From assembly GCF_964188315.1 (NCBI RefSeq), contig NC_135662.1:17484001-17548000 (forward strand): a DNA stretch of 64,000 nt, read 5' to 3'. The stretch comes from Podarcis muralis (Eukaryota). Position numbers and translations under genes: made by a program. The notes under the pieces are model-generated. The model was not told the DNA's origin. It saw only the letters and a program-made list of their open reading frames with translations, and ran no database searches. Of this stretch, positions 61,648 through 64,000 are shown piece by piece (the stretch's first letter is position 1; the number at the start of each line of letters is the position of its first letter).

Positions 61648-62341
61648 CAGTGTTTCCCAAATGTTTTTGGGCAACGGCACACCTGTTTACTAAAAAAAAA
61701 TCTCGCGGCACACCACCATTAAAGCCCCGCCCCGTGACGTCAGCGCGCAGCGTCACGCCGGGAGGGACGCACAAAAGTGAAAGTTTTTTCCCTCCCCCTT
61801 GCTGGGGAACCTCCAAGCTTTGGGGGTGGGAGGAGGCAGCAGAGCGAGGGACTGAGGGACGGCGGCAACTGAGGCGGCGGCGGCTGAGGCAGAGCTGGGA
61901 AGGGGGTTTCCAGGGGACACGGCAGCTCCTCGAAAGGCTTCTCTCAGCTGCGCTCAATCCGCCTCGGAGAGGATTTCCCCTCCGGTCCCATGCGTTCGTT
62001 TGGGGCATCGCTCCGGCTGCTCCCTCTCCCGCCGCGCAGGAGCGATGCCTCTCTCTGGCTTTCCCTCCGCGCAGGCTGAGGGAGGGAGGGAGGGGCGCGT
62101 GTGACCCGTCTCTGCTGGGAGACCAAACCCAGCGAGGCAGAGTCGCGCGGAGGCGCCCAGGCAGCGCTTCCGGCTGCGAGGAGGAGCGCCAGGCAACAGC
62201 AGGAGGCGCGGCCTCTCCTCGCCGCCGCCGCCCCGCCTCTCGCCGCCCGACTCGCCCGCCTCCCTCCAGGCATCTCGCGGCACACGAGGCAACGTCTCAC
62301 GGCACACTCGTGTGCCGCGGAACACCGGTTGGGAAACACTG
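61648..62341 (-). mobile_element. Non-autonomous hAT element (Pack-type), copy 2 with a different cargo (694 bp), inverted relative to copy 1
   Basis: TIR cagtgtttcccaa ... ttgggaaacactg. Perfect 8-bp TSD acctagac (61640-61647 and 62342-62349). Arms 61648-61767 and 62216-62341 match the copy 1 arms in reverse complement. Confidence 0.92.
61724..61742. promoter_or_regulatory. GC box plus CRE in the hAT arm
   Basis: gccccgcccc (61724-61733; reverse complement GGGGCGGGGC) is adjacent to TGACGTCA (61735-61742). Motif only. Confidence 0.4.
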
Positions 62342-62804
62342 ACCTAGACCTCTCAAGTCTTATCTCCAGAAATTCCAAGAAGAAGGATGATAACTGCAGC
62401 TGCAACCATCTGTTTGGACTTGAATAGGCTTTGAAAATGATGTGGGTAGCATTCAACTAAGCTTCACATAGTGCGGACCGATTGAAATTAATTAACGTAG
62501 CCAAGTTATGTCCTTTAATTTCAATTGATCTACTCCCCCATGATTTCCAGCTTATATTGTGAGATGCTCTAGTTAATTTTGCCAAACATTTCACTTGGCT
62601 CTTGGAATTGAATGCTGACTCAGGTGATTGACTCAGGGCTTTTACAGGCCCTCTGTCTGGTCTCCCTGTAGTTTTGGTGGAGTTTCTGGCAGTGAGACCA
62701 GGGATAACCGACATATTATCTGTGATATGGCAATATCCTCCTTCGATCCCCATAAATTGTGAGATTACAGTTCAGTATATTCATTGCTTTTTTTTTACCC
62801 AAGC

Positions 62805-62965
62805 CACTCAACCATGAAAACTCACTTGGGTGACTTGGGGTCAATCACCATCTGCCAGCCTAACCTACCTCACAAGGTTGTTGTAAAGAAGGCAAAAGCT
62901 AGAGAAAGAACCGTATGTACTGCCTTGGGCTCATTGGAGTATAGGTGAGAGATAAATGTGAAAAA
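62805..62965 (+). mobile_element. Old MIR/Squam3-like SINE remnant
   Basis: gggtgacttggggtcaatcacc...cagcctaacctacctcacaaggttgttgt...gccttgggctc; similar to 55872. Confidence 0.55.
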
Positions 62966-64000
62966 AGTAAAAGAAAGTGACCCTGTGACCACCTGAAGGT
63001 AAGGAGAATTTGACTCCAGTATTCTAGAGCGCAGAGTGGTCCTCTAGGTGGTTTTGTACTCCAACTCTCATCAGCGCCAGCCACATTGAACAACAGTTGG
63101 GAAAGATGATGTTGTGGGGCACAGGATAGCCATCCCTGCAACACTACACCAAACCGAACGTTAGCCTCCTTCTTTTAACTTGTAGTTGTTAAAAAACAAC
63201 AACAACACAAATGATACATAATGCATGATGTGGTTTAAACTAATAGCACCCCCAAATCAATCAAAGGGCACATTTTCTTTGTTTGGGAAATCTGTTGTTA
63301 CAAGTCGTCAAACTATTTTCCTCTTGCAACGCAACAAGGAATCTTTCTGAGGTAACTGCTAATGAACATCAGATATTCCTATCTAACACAACAAAGGGGA
63401 GCATCTGGAGTCAACATAAAACATTATATATAAATATTTCAAAAAGCCCTTTGGAACCACGTAAATATAGGATATATTATGTCTGCCCCAGGCTTCCCTT
63501 AATGTGATGTACATGGTAATAAACTTACTGGAAATAGACTTTTCCCCACTTGCAGTGAATTCAGCTATACTTTTAAAATGCGAATTTCATTTAGAATGGC
63601 CTTGCCCCAAGAACCTCTGAGGTATGTTTGATGAATTTCTCACGGATGCTCAGCATCCATGCAGTTATGAAACAGAAACTATCAGTGAGGTCTTAAGGCT
63701 AATTGGTGTTGGATAAGTGTTGGGTGTGGACAGCAGTTAAAGGAGTATGAAGAGCTTCAAAAGAAGGACCCAAACAGCTACGTGACTGTCTTGGTGTGAC
63801 TCACAGCGCAACCCTAACCAAGGCTACTCAGAAGCAAGTCTTTGTTCCCAGGTAAGTGCAGTTAGGACGGCAGCCTAAGTCGTTTTGATCTGGGATGTAG
63901 AAGGAATGCCCCACCACCACTTCAGTATGGGAGAACTGAACATTAAGTGTGTGTTTGGGAGCGGGGATGGGGGAGCACATAAATTCCCTGCCCTGGGTTG

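Noticed and set aside
55187-62341. One 7.15-kb composite transposon bounded by the two inverted outer arms
   Set aside because: Each element has its own complete TIR pair and a different perfect TSD (gtctagag versus acctagac), so they are independent insertions.
45909-64000. TRPS1 GATA-finger exon (RRRGSGVFCANC...)
   Set aside because: I found no matching sequence by eye, and it would be below the ORF-track length cutoff. It is presumed to lie beyond the window.

Overview
Vertebrate genomic DNA, almost certainly from a squamate and probably a lacertid lizard (inferred from the Sauria/Squam1 and Squam3-type SINEs). The window covers the 5' half of TRPS1 on the + strand. Four coding exons (16626-16662, 18300-19228, 35825-36948, 45302-45908) splice in frame through GT-AG sites into 899 codons carrying the N-terminal C2H2 zinc fingers. 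I did not find the GATA-finger exon or the 3' end in the window. The introns hold 7 Sauria SINEs, Squam3/MIR-type SINEs, CR1 and L2 fragments, a 756-bp solo LTR, and many Tigger-, Tc2- and hAT-type MITEs. The main discovery is in the last intron: two non-autonomous hAT elements (55187-55863 and 61648-62341). They share ~120-bp terminal arms and each has its own 8-bp TSD, but they carry unrelated ~445-bp GC-rich cargos. One cargo encodes what looks like the promoter, 5'UTR and N-terminus of RANBP9. This is a Pack-type, gene-capturing DNA transposon family with swappable cargo. All family names and homologies come from recognition and recall, not from database searches.
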